Below, in pieces: positions 63,581-64,000 of a DNA stretch of 64,000 bases. Under the pieces are notes generated by a model. The model worked only from the letters and a program-made list of their open reading frames with translations, did no database searches and was not told the origin of the DNA. Position numbers and translations under genes: made by a program. The stretch spans positions 655,986 to 719,985 of the forward strand of contig MU058045.1 in NCBI GenBank assembly GCA_013265495.1, in the 5' to 3' direction. This DNA is from Vicugna vicugna. Taxonomy: Eukaryota. Numbering within the stretch: position 1 is the stretch's first letter; every line of letters starts with the position of its first letter.

Positions 63581-64000
63581 GTGCGTGTGCTCTCCCGTGC
63601 GATTCTCACCCCCGTGTGTCTGTGTAGGTGGGCTCTGTGTCACCGTCACAGAGACAGGCTCTGATCCTAGAGGAAAGGAAATCCACTAGGAAAGTTCCCA
63701 CAGAGAACTCCGTGTTCTCAGGAAAAATAAATCTTGTAAAGACTGTGGCTGAAGGTGCCATGGAAGAAATGAATTTTCTGGAGTCACGTGAGAGAAGCGG
63801 ACATCGTCAGACAGCACAGGTGGCATCTGGGGAAAGCGGCCGGTGATCGGTTAGACACCGGGGCGGGGCAGAGGCCGGTGGGCTCCTGAGGTTCAAGGCA
63901 AAACTGATTTCTTGCTACATCCTCTGACCTCCCGAGGCCTTTGCTTCCTTCTAAAACTTTTAAATGTTGATTTTATGTGAGTCTGACACACATGCAGAAA

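Overview
Mammalian genomic DNA, not prokaryotic. It is syntenic to human 17p13.1. The dispersed tRNA-headed SINEs resemble those I recall from camelids, so the species is probably a camelid (inference). Gene order: 3' two-thirds of CHD3 (+, 5' end outside the window), RNF227 (-), KCNAB3 (-), TRAPPC1 (-), CNTROB (+), GSG1L2 (+). All exons were traced by hand through GT-AG boundaries and reading frame. Main points: (1) a composite C/D-H/ACA scaRNA (SCARNA21-like) in a CHD3 intron whose guides match the U12 snRNA branch-point region, in a gene that itself has a U12-type intron; (2) a stop-free second reading frame across the last three CHD3 exons, reached by an alternative donor; (3) an 8-bp tandem-repeat frameshift in CNTROB exon 1 of an otherwise intact gene; (4) CNTROB adjacent to GSG1L2 instead of GUCY2D, implying a large inversion breakpoint or misjoin at about 47.4-50.2 kb. 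There is one assembly gap (39895-40089). Gene and repeat names come from recalled sequence similarity, not from searches.
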